DNA of 64,000 bases from the NCBI GenBank assembly GCA_943787795.1, contig CALSNU010000001.1, positions 1,248,001 through 1,312,000 on the forward strand, given 5' to 3'. Of the stretch, positions 17,708 through 26,341 are shown piece by piece. Positions within the stretch are counted from its first letter, which is position 1. The number at the start of each line of letters is the position of its first letter. Below the pieces are notes generated by a model. That model was not told where the DNA came from and did not search any database. It saw nothing but the letters and a program-made list of their open reading frames with translations. The DNA is from an uncultured bacterium (GTDB lineage: Bacteria > Planctomycetota > UBA1135 > GCA-002686595). The position numbers were made by a program, and so were the translations under genes.

Positions 17708-19813
17708 TCATCTGTCGAGGGCGTTTTCGATGAGGACGCTCAGTGCTGCCAGGCAGCCAGCGCGCCGCTGCAGGACGGCGCTGAGGCTGGCCACCTGATC
17801 CTTCGCGACACGGGCGTCGGAGTCTGCTGAGGCCTTCTGGAGGCCCGGGAGCGGCCACGCGGCGTAGCCGGAGGACTCGTCAGGGGCGGTGTAGAGGTTT
17901 CGGTACCAGGGTCGCTCAGGGAGGCCCGCCTCGCTGAGCCAGGCGCGCTCGAGTCCACGGAGCAGCTCATCCACCATGACGCAGCGGGCGTCGTCGAGCG
18001 CGCCACTTCGCGCCGCGGCGCGGAGGCGCCCGCCGAGGGCTCCGGCGGTGACGGCTTGGTCCTCGGCGCGCTCGATCAGTGCGCCGAGGCCCGCCGGACC
18101 GAAGAGCTCGGGCTCGGCCTCCAACAGCGTGCCCGCTGCGCGGGCCAACGCCAGCGCCGGCCGATCCAGGTCGATGGGGAGCACCAGTGCCGTCGAGGCG
18201 CGGTCCACGGCCACCGAGGTGATCCGGGTGATCAGGCCGGCGGACCCGTAGTCCGCGCCGACGACCCGGCGGTACCAGGCGAGGTCGTCATAGAGACTGT
18301 GGTAGGCGGTACCCGGGGCGCCCCGGGCGCCGATGGAGGCGGACGGGATCGAGCACAGGGCGAGGAAGGAGACGTGATCGGACCCGCCGCCCAGGAAGCC
18401 CGGCTCCGGCAGGTCGTCGCCCTCGCCCCGCCACGCGTCGAGGGCGGAGACCGTCGGCGTCGTTCCCGGCTGGGGGACCGCAGCGGCCGCGCCGTGGAGG
18501 AGGGAGGTGAGGCTCGGTGAGGCGCTCACACCGAGGCGCAGCCCGGACGCCGCGGCGTCCAGGTTGATGTAGAGGTCCGCCCCTTCGATCAGCGCCTGGC
18601 GGTTGCCCTCGACCCACTCGCAGGAGCCGATGATCCCGTGCTCCTCGGCGCCCCACGCGGCGAAGGTGACCGTGCGGCGCGGCGCGACGCCTGAGGCCTC
18701 GGCTTGCCCCGTGAGCGTGCGGGCGGTCTCCAGCATCGCGATGGTGCCGGAGGTGGGGTCGTCCGCGCCGTAGACCCACGCGTCGTGATGGGCGCCGACG
18801 ATGATCCCCGGGGCCCCGTCCCTGGACAGGGCGCCGCGCAGGGTCCCCAGGACGTTGGCGGTCTCGACGAGGGAGCGTTCCTGCTGGACCTCGAGCCGGA
18901 CGCGGACGCTCGGTCCGCCCTCCAGGCGGTATCGAAAGGGCATCCCGCCCTGCCACTCCTTGGGGACGCTCGCGCCGTCCATGGGGGCCATGATCTGAGC
19001 GGCCGCCTGCCAGCCGACGGGCTGGACAGGGATGCGTGGGAGGGCGATGTCGTCGGGGTCGAGACGCGCGGCATCTGCGGTGGCCTCGATCCCGGGCGTG
19101 AGCGGATCACCGCTCCACGGGAGCGTCTTCAGCGAGCCCCGCTGGATCTGGTCGCAGTTGGCCCAGCCCCCCTCCGGAGTCTCGAGGCCGCGGCCATATC
19201 CCGAGTCCTTGGGGTCCGTGAAGATGATCAGGCCCGCCGCGCCCGCAGCCTCGGCGAACTTCGCCTTGTAGCCGCGGAAGTTGCCCCCGTACCGAGCGAG
19301 GACGATCTTGCCCCCGCAATCCACCCCGAGCTCGGTGAGCTTCTCGAAGTCCTCCTTGCGGCCGTGGTTGGCGTAGACCACCTCGCCCTCGGCGACCCCG
19401 CTGCCGGAGTAGGCGTTCCAGCCCAGCCGCAGGAGGTCGTCGTCGAGCTCGGAGTACGTCGAGCCCGGCAGGGCCACCTCGGTCAGCGGCAGGTCCACTT
19501 CGGAGGGCGCCGTGAGCCGCAGGGAGGCGCTGACGGGACGCGAGAGGTAGGCGGTGAAGCGGTGGACCTTCACCTCGAGCCCCATGGCGTCGAAGGCGCC
19601 AGCGATGGACGCGATCACCTGGGCGTCTCCTTCACTCCCCGCGGGGTGTGGGCGGGAGGCGATGAGGTTGTGCCACTCGCGCAGGTGATCGGGGGTCACC
19701 GAGCGGACGATGGCCGCGTCTCGGCTGCGGCGAGCCTCGGCGTCGTCCTCGGGCCAGAGTTCGAGGCCGGGCGAGGTCTGGAGCGCGCCAAGCGCGAGGA
19801 GCGAGAGCAGCAT
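17708..19813 (-). CDS. M28 family peptidase, glutamate carboxypeptidase II-like (PA + M28 + transferrin-receptor dimerisation domain)
   Basis: HPAGS, VVYANHGRKEDF, IVLARYG..FRG.K, GAHHDAWVYGADDPTSG, WGAEEHGIIGS, YINLD, GSDH..F, YHSLYD, GLPERPWYRN..AP. Confidence 0.92.
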   Translation of the reverse strand: MLLSLLALGALQTSPGLELWPEDDAEARRSRDAAIVRSVTPDHLREWHNLIASRPHPAGSEGDAQVIASIAGAFDAMGLEVKVHRFTAYLSRPVSASLRLTAPSEVDLPLTEVALPGSTYSELDDDLLRLGWNAYSGSGVAEGEVVYANHGRKEDFEKLTELGVDCGGKIVLARYGGNFRGYKAKFAEAAGAAGLIIFTDPKDSGYGRGLETPEGGWANCDQIQRGSLKTLPWSGDPLTPGIEATADAARLDPDDIALPRIPVQPVGWQAAAQIMAPMDGASVPKEWQGGMPFRYRLEGGPSVRVRLEVQQERSLVETANVLGTLRGALSRDGAPGIIVGAHHDAWVYGADDPTSGTIAMLETARTLTGQAEASGVAPRRTVTFAAWGAEEHGIIGSCEWVEGNRQALIEGADLYINLDAAASGLRLGVSASPSLTSLLHGAAAAVPQPGTTPTVSALDAWRGEGDDLPEPGFLGGGSDHVSFLALCSIPSASIGARGAPGTAYHSLYDDLAWYRRVVGADYGSAGLITRITSVAVDRASTALVLPIDLDRPALALARAAGTLLEAEPELFGPAGLGALIERAEDQAVTAGALGGRLRAAARSGALDDARCVMVDELLRGLERAWLSEAGLPERPWYRNLYTAPDESSGYAAWPLPGLQKASADSDARVAKDQVASLSAVLQRRAGCLAALSVLIENALDR

Positions 19814-19899
19814 GCCCCAAGGATAGGGGCCGGAACGGACAGCCTGCACCCCGGCCCGTGGGGCCCGCGTACATCCCTCGGCGGCGGAAGCCCTGCCGC

Positions 19900-19993
19900 A
19901 GGCCAGTCGCGGGTCAGGGTTAGGCCAGCCGCGGGTCAGGCGTAGCCCAGCCGCGGGTCAGGCATAGGCCCGCCGCGGGTCAGGCGCAGGCCA
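19900..19993. repeat. 22-bp tandem repeat, about 4.3 copies
   Basis: AGGCCAGTCGCGGGTCAGGGTT 19900, AGGCCAGCCGCGGGTCAGGCGT 19922, AGCCCAGCCGCGGGTCAGGCAT 19944, AGGCCCGCCGCGGGTCAGGCGC 19966, partial AGGCCA 19988. Confidence 0.9.
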
Positions 19994-20058
19994 AGCTCGC
20001 GTCGTGAGCGAGTCGCCGCACATGCCCCGGGGAGGCGCTTGACCGGCTCCGCCCAACG

Positions 20059-20104
20059 ACGAGGAGACCCCGCGTCGCCTCGGGGCGCCGCGGGGTCTCC
20101 TCGT
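20059..20104 (-). terminator. Strong hairpin downstream of rpmB, probable terminator
   Basis: 16-bp perfect stem ACGAGGAGACCCCGCG 20059-20074 / CGCGGGGTCTCCTCGT 20089-20104, with inner CGCC/GGCG pairing. No clear U-tract. Confidence 0.65.
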
Positions 20105-20131
20105 TGGGGTCGCCTTCAGGGGCGGTCGAGC

Positions 20132-20428
20132 TCAGCCCTTCTTCTTCTGGCCAGCCTTGATCGGCTTGATCAGGCCCGCCTTGAGGAGCGTGGGGTACGC
20201 GCCGTTCTTATCGATGGTCCGCATGGCGCGGGTCGACAGGCGGACGGTGACGTACTCACCCATCTCGGGGACCCAGATGCGCTTCTTCTGGACGTTGACC
20301 TTGTACTTCCGCTTGGTGTGGCCGGTCGTACGAAGGCCGACGCCGCCCTGGGACTTGGGGAGGCCGCGGCGGGCAATGTTGCCGCCGACCTTGGTTCCGC
20401 TGCCGGTGATCTGGCAAGTCCGGGACAT
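20132..20428 (-). CDS. rpmB: 50S ribosomal protein L28
   Basis: MSRTCQITG..T..G.NIARRG..K..GGVG...TG.TKR..KVNVQKKRIW.PE....VT.RLSTRAMRTIDK.G. Confidence 0.95.
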   Translation of the reverse strand: MSRTCQITGSGTKVGGNIARRGLPKSQGGVGLRTTGHTKRKYKVNVQKKRIWVPEMGEYVTVRLSTRAMRTIDKNGAYPTLLKAGLIKPIKAGQKKKG

Positions 20429-20737
20429 GATGGACCTCTGTGATGAAGGGGGTTCTGTGGGGGCTGCAGTGCGGCCCTCAGGGATGCTGGAGGCGACCCG
20501 GCCCGTCTCGTCGACGGTCTCAGGGGCGCGTTGATAGGTGCCGCGGTCGGCCTTCGGGCCGACGGACGGGCCAATAAGCTAGCGATCTGGCCGATCGGCA
20601 CCCCCTCCGACGCCCAAAAAAATCCTCCTGCGCTCGGTCGGAGGCCCCGCTACGGCCTGCGTGGGCGGGGCTCAGCGAGAGTTTCAGCTGGGCCCCGCCC
20701 GGATGGATCGGCTGGCCCGCCCGCCGGGATAGGCCCC

Positions 20738-21802
20738 TCAGCGCCGCTCGTCTCCGTGGACACGGACCGTGATCACTCCGTCCTCGGTGACCCAGCCTCG
20801 GTACATCCCTGCGGTGGTGAAGGGCGCCACGAAGGTCCCGTCCGCTCCAAGGGCGACGCACCCCCCCGAGCCCCCGAGGGCCGGGAGGTCCTCCAGCACC
20901 GCCTCACGAGCGGCCTGGGGGAGGGCCTGCCCCCCGTGCAGCATCCGGGCGTGGAGTTGATGGGCGATGGCGAGCCGGATGAAGAACTCCCCGTGCCCGG
21001 TGCACGACACGGCGCAGGTGGCGTCCGCGGCCCAGGTGCCGGCGCCGATGAGCGGCGAGTCTCCCACGCGGCCGAAGGCCTTGCGCGCCATGCCACCGGT
21101 GGAGGTGCCCGCGGCCAGGTGCCCCTGGTCATCCAGGGCCACGCACCCGACGGTGCCGAACTTCTCGTCCACGGGCTGGCGGGCGAGGTTGGCGGTGGCG
21201 TCGGAGTCGCGAGCCTTCATTCGCTCCAGTTGCCGAGCCCTCCTGGGCGTCACGAACCAGGCGGCTTCCATGGTCTCGACGCCCTGACTCGCGGCGAAGC
21301 GGTCTGCGCCCTCGGCGGCGAAGAGCACGTGGGGGCTCTCGGTCATCACGCGTCGCGCGAGGGTGATCGGATGTCTGGGCGTCCGCGCCCCGGCGATGGC
21401 CCCCGCCTCCCCGCTCGCGCCACCCATCACGGAGGCGTCGAGCTCGACCTCGCCCTCGTCGTTGAGCACCGCGCCGCGGCCTGAGTTGAAGAGCGGAGAG
21501 TCTTCCATGGGCCGGATGGCCGCCTCCACGGCATCGAGCGCGTCTCCTCCCGCCAGGAGAGCCGCGTACCCGGCCTCGAGCGCCTCGGTGAGCGCCGCCC
21601 GGTAGCGGGCGTCCATCTCCTCCGACATGTTCTCGCGCAGGATCGTCCCGGCTCCGCCGTGGACGGCGAGGACCACGTGGGGGACCACCTCCATCGCCTG
21701 GGGCTGGTCGGGCGTGCGCGTCGAAGCGCACGCCGCGCACAGCAGGAGAGGAGCGAGGAGGGCAGGGAGGATCGCGGCGCGGCTAGCTCTGGGCTGGGTC
21801 AT
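20738..21802 (-). CDS. iaaA: Isoaspartyl peptidase/L-asparaginase (type 2, Ntn hydrolase) with lipoprotein-like signal
   Basis: AVHGGAG, MEDSPLFNSGRG, ELDASVM, GTVGCVALD..G.LAAGTSTGG, GRVGDSPLIGAG, SCTGHGE. N-terminal LLLCAAC. Confidence 0.9.
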   Translation of the reverse strand: MTQPRASRAAILPALLAPLLLCAACASTRTPDQPQAMEVVPHVVLAVHGGAGTILRENMSEEMDARYRAALTEALEAGYAALLAGGDALDAVEAAIRPMEDSPLFNSGRGAVLNDEGEVELDASVMGGASGEAGAIAGARTPRHPITLARRVMTESPHVLFAAEGADRFAASQGVETMEAAWFVTPRRARQLERMKARDSDATANLARQPVDEKFGTVGCVALDDQGHLAAGTSTGGMARKAFGRVGDSPLIGAGTWAADATCAVSCTGHGEFFIRLAIAHQLHARMLHGGQALPQAAREAVLEDLPALGGSGGCVALGADGTFVAPFTTAGMYRGWVTEDGVITVRVHGDERR

Positions 21803-21959
21803 GCCCCCGAGGCTAAGGGAGCCGTCCGCCAGGTGACCAGGGGTGTTGCCCAGAGACCGGAAGATCCGCGCACCGCCCGCGCCTTGCTGGCACCTTGAGG
21901 GCCGATCACGGCGCGCGAGGATCATGGCGCGCGAGGACACCGTGGGCGAGGATCACTGT

Positions 21960-22064
21960 GCGCCGAGATTGTCGGCGCCGAGATTATTGGCGCCGAGATC
22001 ACTGGCGCTGGGATCACTGGCGCTGAGATCACTGGCGCTGGGATCACTGGCGCTGGGGTGACCG
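21960..22064. repeat. 15-bp tandem repeat, 7 copies (consensus GCGCYGRGATCACTG)
   Basis: Units start at 21960, 21975, 21990, 22005, 22020, 22035 and 22050. Related degenerate GATCA..GGCGCGCGAG copies at about 21904-21936. Confidence 0.9.
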
Positions 22065-22178
22065 AGCGCTGGGGGAGCGCTGGGGGAGGGCAGGGGGAGG
22101 GCTGGCGCCTCGGCGACCAACGCCGGGGTTGCAGGCGCTTTGATCGCGGGGGAGGAGCTCAACAGAGCCCCACCGGGC

Positions 22179-23118
22179 TCAACCGTCCAGGAAGACCCTG
22201 GCCGGCTCCTCCGGCGAACCGCTCACGGTGCGCAGCTCGGCCCCGTCGAGGACCCGTTGAATCGCATCCAGGTACAGCTTGCGAGCTGCGTCGGAGTCGG
22301 CGTCTCCCAGGGCGGAGGCGAGGTCCTCGAAGGCGCTGGCTCGACCGCGGGCCTCGGCGGTCTCGGCCTCGGCGCTGGAGCGCGCTTCCTGGAGCATCTG
22401 GCCAACCCGCGTGCGGGTCGCAACCTCGAGGCGGTTGGCGGCGAACTGGGCCTGGGAGATCGAGCGCTCCTTGTCCGCGAGGGCATCCTGGACGTCGGTG
22501 AAGGCGCGGCGAACGCCCACCGGAGGCTTGCTCTCGAGCAGCTGAACCTCGTCGATCATGACGCCGAGTCCGAGGCGGTCCGCGTCCCGCTGGATCCGCT
22601 CGCGGGCTTCGCTCGGAACGACGGCAAGACCCGCCGTCAGGACCTGGTCGATGGTCAGCCCGGCGACGATGTCGGTCAGCGCCGCCTCGCCCAGTCGGCG
22701 GAGCGCGAAGCGTGAGCTCTCGCGCTCGCTGCTCCCGCTGGCCCCCACCCCCGACACGCCGTAGAGCCAGGCGCGCACGTCGAAGACTCGATAGAGGACC
22801 GTCGCTTTGAGCTCGACGATGTTGGTGTCCGCGGTGAGCCATTGCTTCTCGCGGGGGGGTCGGCTCGATGGACCTCAGTTCGTCCACCAGTCGATAGCCA
22901 ATCGGCATCTGGAGGGACCGGTCGACCTCCGCCTTGCGGACGATCTCAACCGGCCACGGGAGCCGCAGGTGGATGCCGGGTGAGAGCTCGCGCGAGGCGG
23001 CGCCGAAGCGCTCCACCACGCCGCGTGAGCCGTTCTCCACGGTCGCGGTGCAGAGCCAACCAAGGACCGCGAGCGCGGTCAGGCCGGCGCCGAGGGCGAT
23101 GCGGCGGTCCAGGGTCAT
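22179..23118 (-). pseudogene. hflK: HflK-like SPFH protein interrupted by a 1-nt frameshift in a C7 run (sequencing error, slippage or pseudogene)
   Basis: 5' frame: TM helix, then GVVERFG...PGIHLRLPWPVE to EPTP. Shifted frame continues REKQWLTADTNIVELKATVLYRVFD...LGLGVMIDEVQL...PP.GVRRAFTDVQDA...ARGRA..F. G7 on the + strand at 22853-22859; removing one base restores the frame. Confidence 0.8.
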
Positions 23119-24134
23119 TCGCCGCTCTCCTGCTCGGTGGGCTGTTCCGTGGGCGGCTGATCGGGCTGCTGCTCAGGCTCGGGCTGCTGCTCAGTCGATG
23201 CCGAGCGCTGGATGGCCGGGCCCATCAGCTCGAAGATCTGCCCGAGGGGGTGATCGGCGGGGAGGACGATCAGGGCGCCGCGGAGCGCGCTCTCGGCGAT
23301 CTCCGCGGAGCGCAGCCGCCAGTACAGGTCGGGGTTGAGCTGGATCGATTCGCTCTCGATGCGCTTCGCCTCGGCGGCCCCTTCGCCTCGGATCTTCAGG
23401 GACTCCTGCCGCGCCTCGGCGAGGATTCGAGACTCCTCCAGCTTGGCATCGGTCTGGATCTTCGAGGCCCGCTCGTTGCCCTCGGAGCGGTACTGCGCGG
23501 CGAAGCCCTCACGCGCCGCGCGCATGCTGCGCTCCACCGAGGCCTTGTTGTCCTCGGGGAACGTGATCCGCTCCAGCCCCACGAACTCGATCGCCACGCC
23601 ATAACCGTTCTCTGCGCAGCGCCGCGCCACCTCGTCGGTGACCATGCTCCGGACGACGTCGAGGTTGCGCTCCCGGCCAGGCTCGCCCACGAGATCGGAG
23701 AACGGGCCACGTTTGAGCACCTCGATGAGCGCGGACTGCAGCAGGTCGCCGATCCGGTCGTCGGCGCCCTGGCGGCTACGGAGGCTGGTCAGGAACGTCC
23801 GGGCGTCATTCACTCGCCACGCCACAAAGGCGTCGAGCTCCACGTTCTTCTGGTCGAGCGTGAGGAACTCTGCGACGGGCGGGTCGAGCAGGTGGGTCCG
23901 GACGTCGATGGGGAAGACGACGTCAGCGGGCGCGGGCCACTTGAAGTGCAGCCCGGGCTCCTCCACGAGGCGCTCGGGGTCGCCGAAGCGTGCGACCACG
24001 GCGACGCTCCCCTCGGGGACGGTGAACGTGCAGGCCCAGCCCGCCAAGCCGAGCGCCGCCGCGCCCAGCCACAGCAGGGTGGAGCGAGCGGCGCCCAGGC
24101 GCCCGGTCGAGCCGTGCGGAGTCAGTCGTGTCAT
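23115..24134 (-). CDS. hflC: HflC-like SPFH protein
   Basis: FTVPEG..AVVARFGDP...PGLHFKWP.P, FLTLDQKNVELDAFVAWRV.D..FL, YGVAI..VGLERITFP, MRAAREGFAAQYRSEG, IRGEG.AEA.RI, P.LY...RS. Confidence 0.88.
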   Translation of the reverse strand: MTRLTPHGSTGRLGAARSTLLWLGAAALGLAGWACTFTVPEGSVAVVARFGDPERLVEEPGLHFKWPAPADVVFPIDVRTHLLDPPVAEFLTLDQKNVELDAFVAWRVNDARTFLTSLRSRQGADDRIGDLLQSALIEVLKRGPFSDLVGEPGRERNLDVVRSMVTDEVARRCAENGYGVAIEFVGLERITFPEDNKASVERSMRAAREGFAAQYRSEGNERASKIQTDAKLEESRILAEARQESLKIRGEGAAEAKRIESESIQLNPDLYWRLRSAEIAESALRGALIVLPADHPLGQIFELMGPAIQRSASTEQQPEPEQQPDQPPTEQPTEQESGE

Positions 24135-24136
24135 GG

Positions 24137-26320
24137 TCAGCGCCTCGGGTTGAAGGACTCTTCGAGCACGGACGGGGGGGGCGGTTCGTTCGTGCCCATG
24201 AGGGGGATGATCTCGATGTTCTCACCCAGGGGGAGGACGAGGCGTCGCTCCCCGTCGGCGGGCGGGCGCATGGCGCGCTCGAAGGAGTCGGTGAGCATGC
24301 TCTGCTCCGTGATGGCGGGGTGCTCCCCGTGAACCTTGACGAGAGCGCGGAAGGCGGCGGCCACGCCGCCCGCGGCGGCCTCCTTGGTGAGGCGATCAGC
24401 GAGGGCGTCCGCGCGCACCCGAAGGGCCTCGGCGCGGGCCTGGCTGAGACGCTCAACGCGGTTCACCTGGGCCTTCTTCTCGGCGGTGATCGCGTCCTCC
24501 ATGGCGCTCGCCACGGCGCGGTAGGCGTCGTGCACGGCGGGGGGCGCGTGGACGTCGTGGAGGAAGACACGGACGAGCTCGGCGCCGAGCTCGTTGCGTT
24601 CGAGGTCCTGACTCAGGAGTCGCTCCACCTCTTCGATGAAGGGGCCGCTGTCACCGACGAGGACTTGCTCGGCCGTGCGCGTCGCGATGGCGCGGCGCAG
24701 GGCGTCCTGGGCGAGCGCCGAGATCGCGGCCTCCGGCGCGCTCTGTCCGTAGCGCCACTGGCGCGCGTCCTCGACGCGGTACTGCGCGCCGAAGCGAACG
24801 CTGAGCAAGAGGCCGTCGCTGGTCAGCGTCTCGGACTCGGCCTCGAGCTCCGCGATCCGGCGGCGCTCGGCCATGAGCGCCAGCGCGTCCACCGTGCTGT
24901 CGTCCACCGGTGCCCTGTCGATCCCGAACTCCACGCTCCGGATCAGCGAGGTCGAGACGCGCGCCACGGTGTCGACGGGCCACGGGGCGTGCACGATGAG
25001 TCCTGGAGCCGCGTGCTCCTGGGTCACCCGTCCGAAGCGTTCGATGAATACCGTCTCGCCCGGCTCGACCGCCGTCAGGCCCGAGGACAGGTACAGCACG
25101 GCTGTTGCCAGGGCCCCCGCGAGGCGGGCCGGCTTGGAAGAGAGGTCCAGACCGATCGGCCGTCCGGCGCGCTGAATCCAGGTGCCAAAGCGGGCAGCGA
25201 CGCGAGTCTTCACCGCGGAGCGCAGCAGGAGCGCGGCGAGGATGACCCCTGAGACGGTGGAGACGACGCCGTGCTCCATGGCGCCGGGCGAGACGTCCAT
25301 GTCCCGCGGGTCAAAGCCCAGCGCTGGGTAGAGGGCGTTCACGACGGTGCCCAGGATCAGGGAGACCACCGCGATGCTCCCGAGGTACGACGCCAGCGCG
25401 CGCAGGCCGAGCAGGTCACGGACGACCAGGATCGTGGCGACGTTGGTTGCTGGACCGGCCAACAGGAAGACCAGAGCGGCTCCAGGCTCGAGCCCCTTGG
25501 CCATCATCGCCGCGGCGATGGGGGTGGAGGCGGTGGCGCAGACGTAGAGCGGCACGCCCGCGACGAGCATGGCCAGCATGGCGGTCCAGCCAGAGAACAG
25601 CGTCCCTTCAAAGAACCCGTCCGGGACCGCGACGACGATCGTCGCGGAGATGGCGAAGCCGAGGATGAACCAGGGCGTGAGGTCATCGAGGAGCGTGCCG
25701 AAGGCGTAGCGCATGGCGCGCGCGAAGACGGTGCCGCCCTCCACCTCGTCGTGCGAGTGCCCGTGGTCCCCGTGGTCCCCATGGTCGTCGTGGCCGCCAT
25801 GATCCGAGGCGAGCTCTGACGTCCCGTCGTCCTCGCCGTGGCTGCAGCACGAGACCTCTGCCGGCGCGGCCTCTGACACCCCGGGCTCATCCGGTCCCGG
25901 TCCCTTGCCTCCAAAGAGGTTGACGGTGACCCCGGAGGCGAAGGCGGTGATGAAGGCCGCCAGCGGCCGGATGACCGTCATCAGCGGATCCATCAGGGCC
26001 CAGGTCGCGCCGATCGAGTCCACGCCGGTCTCGGGCGTGGAGATCAGGAACGACGTCGTGGCGCCGCGGCTCGCCCCGGACCGACGGAGCTGGGTCGCGG
26101 TGGGGATGACGGAGCAGGAGCAGAGCGGGATGGGGACGCCGATGAGGGCGGCCGTGGCCACCGACCGCGTGTCGTCACCACCGAGGCGCCGAGCGACCCA
26201 TCGCGTGGGGACGAAGACCGCCAGGAAGCCCGCGATCGCGAAGCCTATGAGGAGGTAAGGGCCGGACTCGGCCAGGACCATCCAGATCGCCTCGAACCAC
26301 TCTGTGAGCATCTGGGTCAT
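24137..26320 (-). CDS. SO_0444/DUF318 (ArsP_1)-type metal permease fused to a C-terminal HflK-like SPFH domain
   Basis: ESGPYLLIG, GVPIPLCSCSVIP, FLISTPETGVDS, His-rich loop CCSHG..HGGHDDHGDHGDHGHSHD, PLYVCATASTPIAA, FLLAGPATN. From about 25085: VEPGE....ERFG...PGL..H.PWP, LTSDG, QYRV.D, HDVHAPP.V.DAY..VASA.ED. Confidence 0.88.
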   Translation of the reverse strand: MTQMLTEWFEAIWMVLAESGPYLLIGFAIAGFLAVFVPTRWVARRLGGDDTRSVATAALIGVPIPLCSCSVIPTATQLRRSGASRGATTSFLISTPETGVDSIGATWALMDPLMTVIRPLAAFITAFASGVTVNLFGGKGPGPDEPGVSEAAPAEVSCCSHGEDDGTSELASDHGGHDDHGDHGDHGHSHDEVEGGTVFARAMRYAFGTLLDDLTPWFILGFAISATIVVAVPDGFFEGTLFSGWTAMLAMLVAGVPLYVCATASTPIAAAMMAKGLEPGAALVFLLAGPATNVATILVVRDLLGLRALASYLGSIAVVSLILGTVVNALYPALGFDPRDMDVSPGAMEHGVVSTVSGVILAALLLRSAVKTRVAARFGTWIQRAGRPIGLDLSSKPARLAGALATAVLYLSSGLTAVEPGETVFIERFGRVTQEHAAPGLIVHAPWPVDTVARVSTSLIRSVEFGIDRAPVDDSTVDALALMAERRRIAELEAESETLTSDGLLLSVRFGAQYRVEDARQWRYGQSAPEAAISALAQDALRRAIATRTAEQVLVGDSGPFIEEVERLLSQDLERNELGAELVRVFLHDVHAPPAVHDAYRAVASAMEDAITAEKKAQVNRVERLSQARAEALRVRADALADRLTKEAAAGGVAAAFRALVKVHGEHPAITEQSMLTDSFERAMRPPADGERRLVLPLGENIEIIPLMGTNEPPPPSVLEESFNPRR

Positions 26321-26341
26321 GGGTGCGCCGACGTACGGCGG

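Noticed and set aside
20132..20428. L28 as a zinc-starvation paralog linked to the metal operon
   Set aside because: The single-Cys CQITG form is the ordinary L28 in many bacteria; no evidence here of a paralog or a Zur box.
19900..22064. Tandem repeats at 19900 and 21960 considered as CRISPR arrays
   Set aside because: Units are contiguous with no unique spacers, and no cas genes are present.
22159..23118. 319-aa ORF as a complete gene
   Set aside because: After EPTPP it becomes Arg/Gly-rich nonsense; the SPFH homology continues in the other frame, ending at 22179.
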